Below the pieces are notes generated by a model, which was given only the letters and a program-made list of their open reading frames with translations, did no database searches and was not told the origin of the DNA. A stretch of DNA of 63,565 bases, counting the filler, from Neolecta irregularis DAH-3 (Eukaryota), in the NCBI GenBank assembly GCA_001929475.1. It is 19 parts of 19 records of this genome, joined end to end, with 100 filler letters (N's around TTAATTAATTAA, not from the genome) between each part and the next. Parts side by side here need not be neighbours in the genome. Positions count along the whole stretch, not along the records: positions 62,451 to 63,565 come from LXFE01001561.1; 18 more parts are not named here. One strand, 5' to 3'. The translations under genes and the position numbers were made by a program. How positions within the stretch are numbered: the first letter of the stretch is position 1; every line of letters starts with the position of its first letter. Below, piece after piece: positions 63,438-63,565 of the stretch.

Positions 63438-63565
63438 ATTATAGGTTGAGAGGATGTGGAAAAGATTTGCGAGACGGAGCGAACCTGAGGCTATTTATGC
63501 GTCTCATTTGCAGAATTTTGTCGGAAAGGGAAACATATTTCCACTGATTCAGAAGAAATGAGTCA

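Overview
Eukaryotic, fungal (ascomycete-type, probably early-diverging Taphrinomycotina-like; inferred, not proven) nuclear scaffold. It is built from short contigs joined by artificial N-TTAATTAATTAA-N linkers, so long-range order is uncertain. Genes carry many very short introns (30-45 nt). Compact housekeeping blocks hold SVF1, GET3, SPF27/cwf7, SNF7, RAI1, a GNAT acetyltransferase, CAT2, SYF1, MCX1/ClpX, CCT4, thymidylate synthase, NDUFAF5, an ankyrin/AT-hook protein, cytidine deaminase, NAD(P)HX dehydratase and an intron-containing tRNA-Ala(AGC). These alternate with repeat-rich accessory zones holding candidate host-interaction genes: two tandem GH18 chitinases, a GH12 glucanase and a small secreted LysM protein. 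The same zones hold a dispersed, apparently lineage-specific family of four secreted PAN/apple-like proteins that share a motif, three of them also an intron position. Also present: CpG-depleted Ty3/gypsy relics, a TGTAAG...CTTACA LTR family with a loxP-like 13-8-13 palindrome, MITE ends, a mitochondrial LAGLIDADG fragment, ABC-transporter and cation/Ca exchanger pseudogenes, and sharp GC-rich peaks at several gene 5' ends.
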